The notes: generated by a model not told the origin, from the sequence alone. A DNA stretch of 64,000 bases from Minisyncoccota bacterium (GCA_041389025.1 JAWKSP010000001.1:414663-478662); one strand, 5' to 3'; counted from the stretch's first letter, positions 1-10,288 are shown. Program-made: numbers and translations.

Positions 1-353
1 AAGATTTGAGTACCATAATAAACAAAATATTGTAAATAGTAGCCTGAGATACCGGAGTCAGCGATATTCAGCCTAAGTTCTGTGTCGGCTTTTTTTCTTT
101 CTTCCTCACTACCACCGTGCCAGTAGGCAATATCGTGTTTTAGGCAGGCTTCACTAAAATCGCTGCCGAAAACCTTGTCTGGGAAAAGCGTACAGCCGTC
201 TTGCTTAAATTCTCTTGGTGGAGTGGTTTTGTTTAGGTTTTGGCCATAAGCGATCGCTTCAGCCTTCATCTCTTCTGTGGTTTTGGGTAGGGTACCGCGC
301 TCGAGGGCGATTAGTAGTAATGTCATTATGATGACTATCGGTAGGTATTTCAT
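1..353 (-). CDS. 5'-partial hypothetical protein (start ATG at 353-351, continues past window start); contains C-x-x-H-D-x-x-Y-W motif
   Basis: Manual reverse-strand translation MKYLPIVIIMTLLLIALERGTLPK...ACLKHDIAYWHGGSEEERKK; hydrophobic N-terminus; no stop before window edge. Confidence 0.35.
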   Translation of the reverse strand, partial: MKYLPIVIIMTLLLIALERGTLPKTTEEMKAEAIAYGQNLNKTTPPREFKQDGCTLFPDKVFGSDFSEACLKHDIAYWHGGSEEERKKADTELRLNIADSGISGYYLQYFVYYGTQI

Positions 354-400
354 TATTTACATAATATCATTATTGGTTGGTACTGAGGTAAATCACCAGT

Positions 401-436
401 GGCCAAGACGATGGCTGGACGGCCATCGTCTTGGCC
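401..436. terminator. Perfect 14-15 bp inverted repeat hairpin (ggccaagacgatggc / gccatcgtcttggcc)
   Basis: Inverted repeat read directly in sequence; sits in ftsH upstream region. Confidence 0.4.
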
Positions 437-645
437 CTATGACCGGCTTTAAATAACTCGAAATGTCTGTATTTTTATGTATAATGCTCATTACTATGTC
501 AAAATTGAAAAAGATAAAGTAGAAGAAGTCGATAATTCTACAACGGAAAATACGGAGGAAGCAAAAACCGAAAGACAGCTTCGGAAAGAGGGTCAGTCGG
601 AGCAAGTTTCGAATAAAGGGAGATAAAGAAAAAGCTACTCCAAAA

Positions 646-2610
646 TTGCGTGGTGTCGGTAGTCAGGTTCCGCTTAGTCGGGGGAATTTCTGGAACAACA
701 TGCTGTCAACCGTGCTTTTGTTGATTATGATAATGTTGGCTTTTAGTTATATAACCGACAATCAACAAAAACCAGAAGAAATATCTCTATCTGAAGTGGT
801 GGAACAAGTAAAAGCCGGAGAAGTAGAAGAGATTGTTGTTCGGGGTAGTAAGCTTGAAATCAACTATGTTGATGAAACAAAAAATGCAGCTGAAGCAAAA
901 AGAGAAACCGATGCCTCGGTAACTGAATCGCTTACTAACTTAGGGGTCACCACCGATCAGCTAACTGCTATAAAAATAGACGTGCAAAGAGAAACCGGTT
1001 TTGGCTATTGGTTGGCCCAATTGGCTCCGTTTATCTTTCCGTTACTTTTCTTGATTCTAATTATTTGGTTTTTGACTCGCTCAGTTAAAGGGGCTGGTAT
1101 GCAAGCACTTAATTTTGGTTCTAGTAAAGCGAGAATGATAGACCCAAACGACACTTCACAAAAAGTTACTTTCAAAGACGTAGCTGGTGCTAAAGAAGCC
1201 AAACAAGAGTTGGAAGAAGTGGTGGATTTTCTTAAAAATCCAAAGAAATTCTTAGATATTGGTGCTGAGATTCCTAAAGGGGTGATGATGATGGGAGCGC
1301 CTGGGACCGGTAAAACTCTATTGGCGCGAGCGGTGGCCGGAGAGGCGGGTGTACCTTTCTTTTCAATTTCTGGTTCTGAGTTTGTGGAGATGTTTGTGGG
1401 GGTCGGAGCATCTCGAGTGCGTGACCTATTTTCAATGGCTAAGAAAGCGGCGCCAGCGATTATTTTTGTAGATGAGATAGATGCGGTGGGACGGGTGCGG
1501 GGCACCGGTGTTGGAGGAGGAAACGACGAACGAGAACAAACTCTAAACCAAATTTTGGTGGAGATGGATGGTTTTGAACCAAACGCCAAAGTGATAGTAA
1601 TGGCGGCTACCAACCGACCGGATGTGCTTGACCCAGCTTTGCTTCGCCCTGGACGCTTTGATCGTCGAGTGACTATCGATTTGCCAGACCGAAAAGATCG
1701 AGAAGAAATTCTAAAAGTGCACGCTCGTAAGAAACCACTTCAAGATGATGTGAATTTGGATATTATTGCACAGCGTACTCCTGGTTTCTCCGGAGCAGAC
1801 TTATATTCACTGATGAACGAATCGGCTATTTTGGCAGCACGTGAAAAGAGAAAGAAAGTTGGACAGTTTGATATTATTCGTTCAATTGAAAAAGTAATGC
1901 TCGGTCCGGAACGTAAAAGTCATGTGCTTTCAAAACGTGAGCGTCTACTTACCGCTTATCATGAAGTCGGACATGCCTTGGTGGCCTCGGTACTTCCATA
2001 TACTGATCCGGTACAGAAGATTTCAATTATTTCTCGTGGGAGAGCGGCTGGCTACACACTCAAACTTCCGGATGAAGACAGAAGAATGCACACCAAAAAA
2101 GAATTCTTGGATGATATTGCGATGACTCTTGGTGGTTATGTGACCGAAGAGATGATTTATGGTGATCTAACAACCGGCCCAAGTAACGACCTGCAGGTAG
2201 TAGCGAATTTGGCTCGAGATATGGTGACTAAATACGGTATGAGCGATTTGGGGCCAATTGCTTTTGAAGGAACCGGTGGTCGGATGCTGGGTGGTGGTAT
2301 GAGCGAAGATAGGGGATATTCACCACAGGTAGCTAAAGCGATTGATGATGAGGTGAAAAAGATAGTTGAAGAAGGGAAAGAAAAGGCTAGGGAGATTTTG
2401 AGTAAATACAGAAAGGCATTGGATGTGATATCTCATAAATTAGCCAAAGTGGAAACTTTGGAAAGAGAAGAATATGAAGCTCTGCTAAAACAGGAAGGGG
2501 TAGAAATCAAAGATATTTACAAGGAACAAAGAGAAGACGGTGAAAAGGTTGGTGACCCGTCAAAGGTGCTTGAGTTGGAGCCCGATAAGGATACTTTGGT
2601 AGATAAGTAG
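646..2610 (+). CDS. ftsH: ATP-dependent zinc metalloprotease FtsH (AAA+ protease); TTG start at 646 or ATG at 700
   Basis: Walker A GAPGTGKT, second region of homology, HEVGHAL zinc-binding HEXXH motif, N-terminal TM helices. Confidence 0.9.
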   Translation: MRGVGSQVPLSRGNFWNNMLSTVLLLIMIMLAFSYITDNQQKPEEISLSEVVEQVKAGEVEEIVVRGSKLEINYVDETKNAAEAKRETDASVTESLTNLGVTTDQLTAIKIDVQRETGFGYWLAQLAPFIFPLLFLILIIWFLTRSVKGAGMQALNFGSSKARMIDPNDTSQKVTFKDVAGAKEAKQELEEVVDFLKNPKKFLDIGAEIPKGVMMMGAPGTGKTLLARAVAGEAGVPFFSISGSEFVEMFVGVGASRVRDLFSMAKKAAPAIIFVDEIDAVGRVRGTGVGGGNDEREQTLNQILVEMDGFEPNAKVIVMAATNRPDVLDPALLRPGRFDRRVTIDLPDRKDREEILKVHARKKPLQDDVNLDIIAQRTPGFSGADLYSLMNESAILAAREKRKKVGQFDIIRSIEKVMLGPERKSHVLSKRERLLTAYHEVGHALVASVLPYTDPVQKISIISRGRAAGYTLKLPDEDRRMHTKKEFLDDIAMTLGGYVTEEMIYGDLTTGPSNDLQVVANLARDMVTKYGMSDLGPIAFEGTGGRMLGGGMSEDRGYSPQVAKAIDDEVKKIVEEGKEKAREILSKYRKALDVISHKLAKVETLEREEYEALLKQEGVEIKDIYKEQREDGEKVGDPSKVLELEPDKDTLVDK

Positions 2611-2661
2611 ACGACCAACTCTAGTCCTTTGCGGTAAACTAAAACAAAAGAAAACTAATAA

Positions 2662-2690
2662 AAAACGGCCACAAGTGGCCGTTTTAATTT
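2662..2690. terminator. Rho-independent terminator shared by convergent ftsH and minus-strand gene
   Basis: cggccacaagtggccg hairpin followed by ttttaattttt. Confidence 0.7.
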
Positions 2691-2692
2691 TT

Positions 2693-3145
2693 CTATTGTA
2701 ACGTCATTGATTTGTGGTCAATGTAATCCAGAAATATAGTTGCCGATATACTGGGTGGGATTTTAGTCTCGTGTTCATTTGTGTAATTGATTAACTCTTC
2801 ATAATAATCAATTATTTCTAATCTAAGTTGATTATCTATACAGTCCCACAGTCCTGTAATTATTTCTCTTAGAGATAATTTTTTTTTGAAAAAATCAAAC
2901 ATAAATTTGAAATCGTTCAATAGATAATCAATAAAGAAAATACTTATCCCAATAATTTTGTATTCATCTTCGTTTGGGTTTTTTATTGAATGTAGACTGT
3001 AAATATGTGAAATTGGAATATAATAATACTCTTTGCCGGTTATATCTTCACTAAAATGACTAAGTATTTTCATTTTAGTGTCCCAGTAAACTTCACCTGA
3101 ATTTTTTGAGGCTGCGTTTATATGATTTTCAAAATCTATATTCAT
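2693..3145 (-). CDS. Hypothetical protein, markedly AT-rich orphan gene
   Basis: 150-aa ORF; codon-level AT richness well below neighbours; no recognisable motif. Confidence 0.45.
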   Translation of the reverse strand: MNIDFENHINAASKNSGEVYWDTKMKILSHFSEDITGKEYYYIPISHIYSLHSIKNPNEDEYKIIGISIFFIDYLLNDFKFMFDFFKKKLSLREIITGLWDCIDNQLRLEIIDYYEELINYTNEHETKIPPSISATIFLDYIDHKSMTLQ

Positions 3146-3232
3146 TACTACCTCCTTATTATCTAAGATTTACAATATATGAAAGGTTCGTACTATCATC
3201 ACTATACCATTAATTATGTAATAGAAAATACC

Positions 3233-3934
3233 TTACTTTTTACTTTTAATTTTTCGGTTTATTTCTTCTTTTACAATTAATCCATCTTCCATTCTCACTA
3301 TTCGGTTACAATACTTGGTATACTCTTCTTCGTGAGTGACTATGACTATGGTTTGTCCTCGTTCGTTTAGTTTTCCAAGTAAGTCTATGATGGCTTGACC
3401 GGAAATAGAATCGAGATTGGCAGTTGGTTCGTCAGCAAAAATTATCTTTGGACTGCCGACGATGGCTCTGGCTACGGCGACTCGTTGTTGTTCACCACCA
3501 GATAATTGAGCCGGAAGGTTTTCTTCTTTGTTTTTTAACCCAACTGATTCGAGCATTTGAACAGCTTTTTCTCTAGCCTTGTCCCAGTCTTCTCCTTTCA
3601 TTAATAGCGGCAACATGACATTTTCTGAGGCATCTAGGTCAGGAGCTAGGGCATAGTCTTGGAAAATATAGCCGAGAGTGTTAAGACGAAATTCGGTCTG
3701 TTCACTTTCTGGTAATTGACTGACATCAATATTATCAACGGTTAGATTACCACTGGTTGGGTGATCGAGGACAGATAGTTGATACATTAAAGTAGATTTA
3801 CCCGCACCGGATTTGCCCATAATAGCGACAAATTCTCCTTCTTCTACTTCAATATCGACACCTTTAAGAACATGGGTCTCTAAATCACCGGTAATAAAAG
3901 TTCTATAGATATCTTTGGCTTTGATAAGTTTCAT
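3233..3934 (-). CDS. ABC transporter ATP-binding protein (MacB/YknY/LolD-like)
   Basis: Walker A GKSGAGKST, ABC signature LSGGEQQRVAVARA, Walker B IIFADEPT. Confidence 0.85.
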   Translation of the reverse strand: MKLIKAKDIYRTFITGDLETHVLKGVDIEVEEGEFVAIMGKSGAGKSTLMYQLSVLDHPTSGNLTVDNIDVSQLPESEQTEFRLNTLGYIFQDYALAPDLDASENVMLPLLMKGEDWDKAREKAVQMLESVGLKNKEENLPAQLSGGEQQRVAVARAIVGSPKIIFADEPTANLDSISGQAIIDLLGKLNERGQTIVIVTHEEEYTKYCNRIVRMEDGLIVKEEINRKIKSKK

Positions 3935-3947
3935 ATAATTGTTAAAT

Positions 3948-5210
3948 TTATTTTCTACCCAAGATAGAGTTTAAAGTGTTTTGTCTGGTGATAAGCCAAG
4001 CGGGGAGGAAACCGGCGATTAAAGTGGTGAAGAAAAGGGTGATAAATTTGTAAAAAGTGGAGAGTGGTTCAGCTACCAAAATACCTTCACTGAATGGAAA
4101 CTGAATTGGATTGACGTCAAAGTAGGGAATCAGTACGCCGTAGGTTAGAAATGCACCTAAAGCTGAACCGGCTAAAGCATAGAAGATGGCTTGTAAAACA
4201 TAAGCAATCTCGATCGCTCGTTCGCTGATACCGATACCTTTTAGAATACCGATATTTCGGCGTCGTGACAAAGCGTTAATAAATATGATAATAAAGATGG
4301 TAATTGACGCTACTACTAATCCGATAGAACCAATAAAAGTTCCCAGTAGATTAAAAGTTTTTTTAATATCAGCCAAAAATTTTGGTGTACCTTCTTCAAA
4401 GGTTTGAATTTTGGCAAAGCGGTCAAGACCGCTTTGTACCAAGGAGTCCTTTACGGATTGATTAGTGGTGGGATCGACGAGCTTTACAGCTATCAGGTCG
4501 GCATTTTGGTCGATTCGGCCAAACAGTCTCCTAAATTCGCGTTCGGAAATATAGGTGTTTAGGTTTACGTCATCGACTTTGGACTGCAAGATTCCTTTGA
4601 CGGTAAATTCTTTTTGAATGTCGCCGGCGGTTAAGCGGACGGTATCACCTGGATGAACGTCTTCTACGGTTTCAAAAATATCACCGTACAGCTCAGCATA
4701 TTGGCTAAGGTAATAGGCACCAATTAAGATCATTCCTTCCTCGTCAGGACTTAAGTAACTTCCTTCTACTACATATTCACTTAAGTTAGAGGTGTTGTTT
4801 TCAGAAATTGGATCAATACCAGTTACTTTTACGTTAGTTACATCAGCGTCACCTTGTAGGTCACGTCGCTCTTTGTAGTTGGCTTCCAGTTCACCACTAC
4901 CTAGATAACGAACTGAACGAGTAGTGACTTCCGTGTAAGTATCTAGCTCTCTGACAATAGCTTGGGTGTTTAGAATATGATCTTCATCACTGCGAGTAGA
5001 AATAACCACATCACCGAGTGAGTTTTCTCGTACAGCATTTTCAGCTCCAGCGATCAGTCCGACCAGTACTCCGGACACAGCGATGAGATTTAAAAAAGTC
5101 AACATCATAACAGATATGATTAAAAGAGTAGTCCAAACGCTGGCTCTTTGGATTTGTCTTAAGCCTAAAAGTAAACCAATTCTAAAAGTCCGCATAGGCT
5201 TATGGAGCAA
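3948..5210 (-). CDS. ABC transporter permease, FtsX/MacB-like with large extracytoplasmic domain
   Basis: N-terminal TM, long soluble loop, three C-terminal TM helices typical of FtsX-fold permeases; operon position. Confidence 0.75.
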   Translation of the reverse strand: MLHKPMRTFRIGLLLGLRQIQRASVWTTLLIISVMMLTFLNLIAVSGVLVGLIAGAENAVRENSLGDVVISTRSDEDHILNTQAIVRELDTYTEVTTRSVRYLGSGELEANYKERRDLQGDADVTNVKVTGIDPISENNTSNLSEYVVEGSYLSPDEEGMILIGAYYLSQYAELYGDIFETVEDVHPGDTVRLTAGDIQKEFTVKGILQSKVDDVNLNTYISEREFRRLFGRIDQNADLIAVKLVDPTTNQSVKDSLVQSGLDRFAKIQTFEEGTPKFLADIKKTFNLLGTFIGSIGLVVASITIFIIIFINALSRRRNIGILKGIGISERAIEIAYVLQAIFYALAGSALGAFLTYGVLIPYFDVNPIQFPFSEGILVAEPLSTFYKFITLFFTTLIAGFLPAWLITRQNTLNSILGRK

Positions 5211-6696
5211 TTACTGTACTACCAACTTCTAATCCTTGGATTGAAACGTAGCCATCATTGCCAATAAAATCGACCATTACTGGTGTTTTGATCGGTTGGT
5301 TGTTTTTTGGTGTGAGTACAAAATATTGTCCATTTTCTTCAATTAAAAATCGTTTTGGTAATCTAAGAACTTCCTCTTTCTTTTCAATAATTATATCTAT
5401 ATCAGCGTTTAGTCCACCACGTAGCCAATTAACTGGATTGTCTAAAATAATTGTAGTTTCAAAGTAAGAGACACCAGCAATGGTTTTGGCTAGGGGCGAA
5501 ATAAAGGTAATTGCTCCGGTTAGGGTTTGATCTGATTGGGCATCAAAAACCAAATCAGCTTTTTGTCCAAGGGATATTTTAGTAATATCAATTTCAGGTA
5601 TTAAGGTGCTGATTTCAAAGTTGTCATTTGCCACCATGGTAACGACTGGTTCTGTGCTAACAGTTTCTCCGACAGTTGGTTTTATGTCGGTAATTTTTCC
5701 AGAGAAAGGAGCGTACATAATATGGTCAGAAATTTGTGAGCTAATACGTGATAAGTCAGACTTTGCTTGATCTATTTTAGCTTGGCTTTTGGTTATTGTT
5801 TCGGTTCTGGGGTCGGCAGTGGTTAGGTTTTCATTTTCTTCGGCTAATTTTAAGTTTTGTTTTAGAGAAGCCAAGGCGTTTTCTCTAGTGGTTACAGCTA
5901 AGTTGTAAGTATTTAAGTTTGTTGGGTAGAGACTGCTTTCCTTGTTAGGAATTTCTATTATCCATTCGGAGTTACCGTATTTTGAACTAGAATCGAATTG
6001 GATAAAAAGGCCACAGTTACCAAAGGAGGATGCGCTTTCTGTATACGCTATGTACGTACCTTTTTCTAGCCCATTTAGGTTATAGGCGTAACCTGACTCT
6101 GATTCGGAGCGGTAGGTTTTTAATGAATAAGTACCTTCTTTACAAGTATAAGTTCCGCTTATGGTAGGAGCAATGCTGTCATCATCAGAATCAGTTGGTT
6201 TAGCTATAAGGTTTGAGGATAATAAAGTACGGTAAGCATTTTCCACTTTGGTATTTTGCTCTTTGGTGGCTCTGTCTAATTCCTCCTTAGCAATTTCTAC
6301 TTTTGTTTTTGCTACCTCTCTTTCTTCCTCTCTAGCTCCGGTTAACACTTCTGAATAATCAGCTTCAGCAATGTTTAGAGCTGAAACAGCTCTTTGGTAA
6401 TCAGCTTTTAAGTCGTTGTACTTTAGGTACATCAGCATGTCTCCGACGTTAACAAGTTGACCTTTTTTAATATTTATTGCTTCTACTATACCGGAGATTG
6501 GAAAAGATAATTCAGCGGTATTTTTGGATTCAACTGTACCAGAAACTGAGACGATTTGGCTGACTGTACCGACTTCAATGGTACCGGTGGTCCAGTCCGG
6601 AAGACTATTTTTCTTCTGAGAATAAACTATAGCTACTACAACTAAAATAATTAAAACAACTAACAATACGCTATGTCTTTTGAAAAAGTCTTTCAT
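5200..6696 (-). CDS. HlyD-family periplasmic adaptor / membrane fusion-like protein (YknX/MacA-like)
   Basis: N-terminal signal anchor, coiled-coil rich middle, beta-barrel C-terminus; first gene of three-gene efflux operon overlapping permease by 11 nt. Confidence 0.7.
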   Translation of the reverse strand: MKDFFKRHSVLLVVLIILVVVAIVYSQKKNSLPDWTTGTIEVGTVSQIVSVSGTVESKNTAELSFPISGIVEAINIKKGQLVNVGDMLMYLKYNDLKADYQRAVSALNIAEADYSEVLTGAREEEREVAKTKVEIAKEELDRATKEQNTKVENAYRTLLSSNLIAKPTDSDDDSIAPTISGTYTCKEGTYSLKTYRSESESGYAYNLNGLEKGTYIAYTESASSFGNCGLFIQFDSSSKYGNSEWIIEIPNKESSLYPTNLNTYNLAVTTRENALASLKQNLKLAEENENLTTADPRTETITKSQAKIDQAKSDLSRISSQISDHIMYAPFSGKITDIKPTVGETVSTEPVVTMVANDNFEISTLIPEIDITKISLGQKADLVFDAQSDQTLTGAITFISPLAKTIAGVSYFETTIILDNPVNWLRGGLNADIDIIIEKKEEVLRLPKRFLIEENGQYFVLTPKNNQPIKTPVMVDFIGNDGYVSIQGLEVGSTVIAP

Positions 6697-6910
6697 ACTT
6701 ATTGTTTAATAGTATAGTACAAATAAAATACTTTTGCTTTTATTTGTTAAGGTATTTTTTTGGCATAGGTGTCTTTTGGAGTGTTGTTAATTTTTGTATC
6801 ATATGAAATATGAAGGGTTTTGTAGGCTTTTTGTTGATTGAAATTTTTCGGGAAATTATTAAACAGCGATTTCGGATTGAAATCGCTGTTTTTGTTAATT
6901 TTAGTATTGA

Positions 6911-7048
6911 TCATAGTGCTGAATTTATAATGAAAAATACTCCAACATAAGCGAAAAATTCTCCAACAAAACGAATGGGAAATTTTTTGCTTGTAAATAA
7001 TGTAACTGATAGTCCAAAAAGAACAGTAACCGTTATAAATGTGTTCAT
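6911..7048 (-). CDS. Small hydrophobic protein (45 aa), not in ORF track
   Basis: ATG preceded by AGGAG at 5-nt spacing (read on minus strand); product MNTFITVTVLFGLSVTLFTSKKFPIRFVGEFFAYVGVFFIINSAL. Confidence 0.35.
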   Translation of the reverse strand: MNTFITVTVLFGLSVTLFTSKKFPIRFVGEFFAYVGVFFIINSAL

Positions 7049-7111
7049 GTTATCTCCTGTGATTTGGTACTAGTTTGAGTATAATATATACAATGTTTGT
7101 TTCAAGTAAAA

Positions 7112-7161
7112 GCGGGCAAATAAATTACCGGTGCTTTAGCACCGGTAATTTATTTGCCCGC
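7112..7161. terminator. 23-bp perfect stem hairpin (gcgggcaaataaattaccggtgc / ttta loop)
   Basis: Long perfect inverted repeat between tRNA cluster and small ORF. Confidence 0.5.
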
Positions 7162-7192
7162 GCATCCGAATATATCGTTTGAAAATTTCCTG

Positions 7193-7300
7193 TGTCCGCC
7201 CGCTTGGACTGACCTAGTTTTTAACGACTACAAGGAGTATAAAAATGGAAATACTCTTGTGGTGCTAACCAAGGACCACAGACTATATGAGTGAAAAATC
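7193..7300 (-). repeat. Degenerate copy of tRNA 3' half (variable loop + T-arm + acceptor) with ~58-nt insertion in T-loop
   Basis: tgtccgcccgcttggact and aaccaaggaccacaga duplicated from adjacent tRNA gene at 7304-7337. Confidence 0.55.
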
Positions 7301-7305
7301 CTTTG

Positions 7306-7378
7306 TCCGCCCGCTTGGACTCGAACCAAGGACCACAGAGGTATAAGCTCTGCGCTCTACCAACTGAGCTACAGGCGG
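7306..7378 (-). tRNA. tRNA with anticodon UAU (candidate tRNA-Ile decoding AUA); precursor acceptor stem extended by two extra pairs
   Basis: Manual cloverleaf: acceptor CCGCCTG/CGGGCGG, D-arm GCTC-AGTTGGTA-GAGC, anticodon stem CAGAG/CTCTG, loop CTTATAC, T-arm CTTGG-TTCGAGT-CCAAG. Confidence 0.65.
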
Positions 7379-7440
7379 ACAAAGGATTTTTTAAAATGGA
7401 CACTCATACAATTCTTCGTCTCGAAAAACAAATGCTATCG

Positions 7441-7500
7441 CGCTTGTTTTCTCAACTAGAATTGTAAGCTCTGCGCTCTACCTTCTTGAGCTATTGGCGG
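7441..7500 (-). repeat. Degenerate copy of tRNA 5' half (acceptor, D-arm, anticodon stem-loop CTTACAA) lacking T-arm
   Basis: CCGCCAATAGCTCAAGAAGGTAGAGCGCAGAGCTTACAAT resembles 5' half of adjacent tRNA. Confidence 0.5.
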
Positions 7501-7872
7501 AAGGATGGAACAGGTGAACTATACCGCGATTTTAAAACTAACTCAACTGTTACTTATATATTTAAATATAGGCAGTAAACTATTGCTTTTTTAGATAAAA
7601 TGTATTTTACTAAGGTTAGGTCAGTCTGATAAATAACTAAATGGAGGCTAAAACGAAAAACTCAATTTTATTACCAACATTAAATTTTGAAGCTTTTCTT
7701 TTTAACTTAAATTGAATAATGAAAAGGGGGTGATTTTAATTATGATTAAAATTTTAATTCATAATGTAGTCGGAGTGGGAGGTGATACGGCCTAGCTCCA
7801 GGTCACCTTGTTACTGGGAGTTGTTTTGAGTAATTAACCAAAGTAGGACACCAGCTCCTAGAAACTTGTGCT

Positions 7873-7900
7873 CACGGTCGCTTGAATTATCAAGCGACCG
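7873..7900. terminator. Hairpin acggtcgcttga-att-atcaagcgaccgt downstream of recG
   Basis: 12-bp perfect stem followed by T-rich tract on plus strand. Confidence 0.5.
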
Positions 7901-7911
7901 TATTTCTTTAT

Positions 7912-10086
7912 TTACTCCAAATGCAAACCAGCTTCCAATCTTTCAACTTGCTTGGCTATTAGTGGATTTTTATTTAAATTCATATCATTTTTTATTAGCT
8001 TTTGCGCTTCATTGCGGGCTGCTTCCACCAGCTTTATATTTTTTATTGCTTCCATACCGAGATCAGACAGACCGGATTGCTTTTGTCCGTAAAGATCACC
8101 GGAGCCTCGAAGTTGAAGGTCGTACTCAGACAACTCAAATCCATTTTTGGCGGTGGTAAGAGCTTTTAACCGGTCTCTAGTCTTTTCACTTTTACTACCG
8201 GTGACAGCAAAACAATAAGCCTGATGATTGCCACGAATCACTCGACCGCGCAATTGGTGTAGTTGAGCCAAGCCAAACCGCTCAGCCCCTTCAATAATAA
8301 TGTTGGTAGCGTTTGGTACATTTACCCCGACCTCTACCACTGAAGTGGAGACCAAGACGTTAGTTTTGTGTTCAGCAAATTTTTTCATTATCTTATCTTT
8401 TTCGGTCGGGGTCATTTTGCTATGCATAATGTCTATTTGATAACCCTTAAATTCATTTTTGCGCAACCGTTCTGCTTCGGTGGTAACATTTTTTAATTGT
8501 AGAGCATTTTCTTTTTGTGGGTCTGGTTCGTCTATGCGTGGACAGATAACATAAGCTTGACGACCAGCTTTAAGTTCTTCTTGAACGTGTGTGTACATTT
8601 CTTTCTCTTGGCCTTGTCCGATTATTTTAGTAATAACCGGCTTTCTTCCTTTGGGCATTTCATCTAAAAGCGTGATATCCAAATCACCGTAAATGGTAAG
8701 AGCTAAAGTGCGTGGAATTGGAGTGGCGGTCATGGATAAGAGATGTGGTAGATAACTATCTTTTTTGGCTAGCATTTTTCGTTGGTTGGTGCCAAAACGA
8801 TGTTGTTCGTCGATTATGACGTAAGCCAAGTGCTTAAATTCCACACTTTTATAAATAAGAGAATGGGTGCCGATAAGAATAGCTATCTCACCGTTTTTTA
8901 CCCATTTTAAGAGCTGGGCTTTGGAGATGTTTGTTGGCTTGGTGGGGTCGGTTTTGGATGGAAATTTCTGGCAACCGCTACCGGTTAAAAGTCCGATTTG
9001 GATAGGTAAATGTTTGAAGTATTCGATAAAACTTTCAAAGTGCTGTTTGGCGAGAATTTCGGTTGGAGCCATGTAGGCGGTTTGTAGATTTCCGTATTCT
9101 AGTTTTTTATCCAAACCCTCCGGCGGCCTAGAAGTAACCACTGCATAGGCAGTGGTGGCCGCGACGGCGGTTTTTCCGCTACCGACATCTCCTTCCAGTA
9201 GGCGCGACATAGCGTGTCCGTCGGTAAAGTTATCGGTAATGCTCTTTATGGCTTTGGTTTGGGCTTTGGTAAGCGGGAAAGGAAAGCGGTCGGTGAACTC
9301 CTTGAGGTGACTTTTGTCAGTTTTTATCTTATAGGTGGTGGCCACATTGGCTCTGGCGCGTTCACGAGCTTTTTGCACTTGAATATAAAAAATTTCCGAG
9401 AAGGCAAAACGTTTACGGGCACTTTTAGCGTGTTCGATTTTCTTTGGTGAATGTATCCAGACTAAAGCGGTTTTTAGTTCGGGTAGATTGTAGGGTTTTA
9501 AAATTTTTTCCGGTAGGGGGTCGGTTAGATTATTTAAAACGCCTTTTTCAAAGCATTTAAGAATGGTGTGATAAAACCATTTACTGGTTACACCTTTGGT
9601 CTCGCGGTAGATTGGATATAGAGTATCTTCGATGGTTTCGGTATCTTTAAAAATGGAATCATGTCTATCAATAGGGAGGTTTTTTAATAGCTCCACTTCT
9701 GGGTTTGATAGATATAATTTACCTTCGCTACCAGCTACTTTGCCGGCCAGTTTTACGTAAGTGCCGTCTTGGTACATTTTGGCTATGTATGGTTGATTAA
9801 ACCACATTACTTTCATCTTGGCGGAACCGTCTTCAACTATACCTTCGGCGATTGGAACTTTGGTACGCCAAGCTTTTCTGGTGTTTAATTTGGTCAGCTG
9901 ACCATAGACGATGGCTTCTTGGCCTTTTTCCAGTCCGCCGATTGATTGTACATCACTGATATTTTCATAACGGACTGGCAAATGGTAAAGGAGGTCCTCA
10001 ACGGTATTAAGGCTAAGTTTTTTCAGAGCTTTTTGGTGAGTGACGTCAATACGAAAATGAGTGGAAAGTAAGTCGTGTGGTTGCAT
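7912..10086 (-). CDS. recG: ATP-dependent DNA helicase RecG
   Basis: Wedge domain N-terminus, helicase motif I GDVGSGKT, motif II DEQHRFG, C-terminal helicase domain, 724 aa. Confidence 0.9.
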   Translation of the reverse strand: MQPHDLLSTHFRIDVTHQKALKKLSLNTVEDLLYHLPVRYENISDVQSIGGLEKGQEAIVYGQLTKLNTRKAWRTKVPIAEGIVEDGSAKMKVMWFNQPYIAKMYQDGTYVKLAGKVAGSEGKLYLSNPEVELLKNLPIDRHDSIFKDTETIEDTLYPIYRETKGVTSKWFYHTILKCFEKGVLNNLTDPLPEKILKPYNLPELKTALVWIHSPKKIEHAKSARKRFAFSEIFYIQVQKARERARANVATTYKIKTDKSHLKEFTDRFPFPLTKAQTKAIKSITDNFTDGHAMSRLLEGDVGSGKTAVAATTAYAVVTSRPPEGLDKKLEYGNLQTAYMAPTEILAKQHFESFIEYFKHLPIQIGLLTGSGCQKFPSKTDPTKPTNISKAQLLKWVKNGEIAILIGTHSLIYKSVEFKHLAYVIIDEQHRFGTNQRKMLAKKDSYLPHLLSMTATPIPRTLALTIYGDLDITLLDEMPKGRKPVITKIIGQGQEKEMYTHVQEELKAGRQAYVICPRIDEPDPQKENALQLKNVTTEAERLRKNEFKGYQIDIMHSKMTPTEKDKIMKKFAEHKTNVLVSTSVVEVGVNVPNATNIIIEGAERFGLAQLHQLRGRVIRGNHQAYCFAVTGSKSEKTRDRLKALTTAKNGFELSEYDLQLRGSGDLYGQKQSGLSDLGMEAIKNIKLVEAARNEAQKLIKNDMNLNKNPLIAKQVERLEAGLHLE

Positions 10087-10146
10087 TGCTAGTATGGTAG
10101 CAGATTTTTGACGGTTTTGTATTTGGAAGAGGGAGGAAATTTGCTT

Positions 10147-10196
10147 TGGATTTTATAAAGGCCGACGCCTACGGCGTCGGCCTTTATAAAATCCAA
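10147..10196. terminator. 24-bp palindrome (ttggattttataaaggccgacgcc) bidirectional terminator
   Basis: Perfect inverted repeat with tac loop between divergent recG and secreted protein gene. Confidence 0.55.
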
Positions 10197-10288
10197 GACT
10201 TTAAAAAATAGACTAATTTATATAAATGTGTTTTAATAGTCACGGCTGGTTGTTCTACAGTCTCTTCTCATACTTATTTGGAGGTTTT

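Noticed and set aside
393-605. 70-aa minus-strand ORF upstream of ftsH
   Set aside because: Spans a perfect hairpin and AT-rich promoter region, low-complexity translation, no RBS.
1005-1613. 202-aa minus-strand ORF inside ftsH
   Set aside because: Antisense to a strongly supported AAA+ protease gene; Pro/Ser/Thr/Ala-rich low-complexity translation typical of the antisense frame of a coding region.
7221-7403. 60-aa minus-strand ORF over tRNA-Ile(UAU) locus
   Set aside because: Coincides with the tRNA gene and its half-copies.
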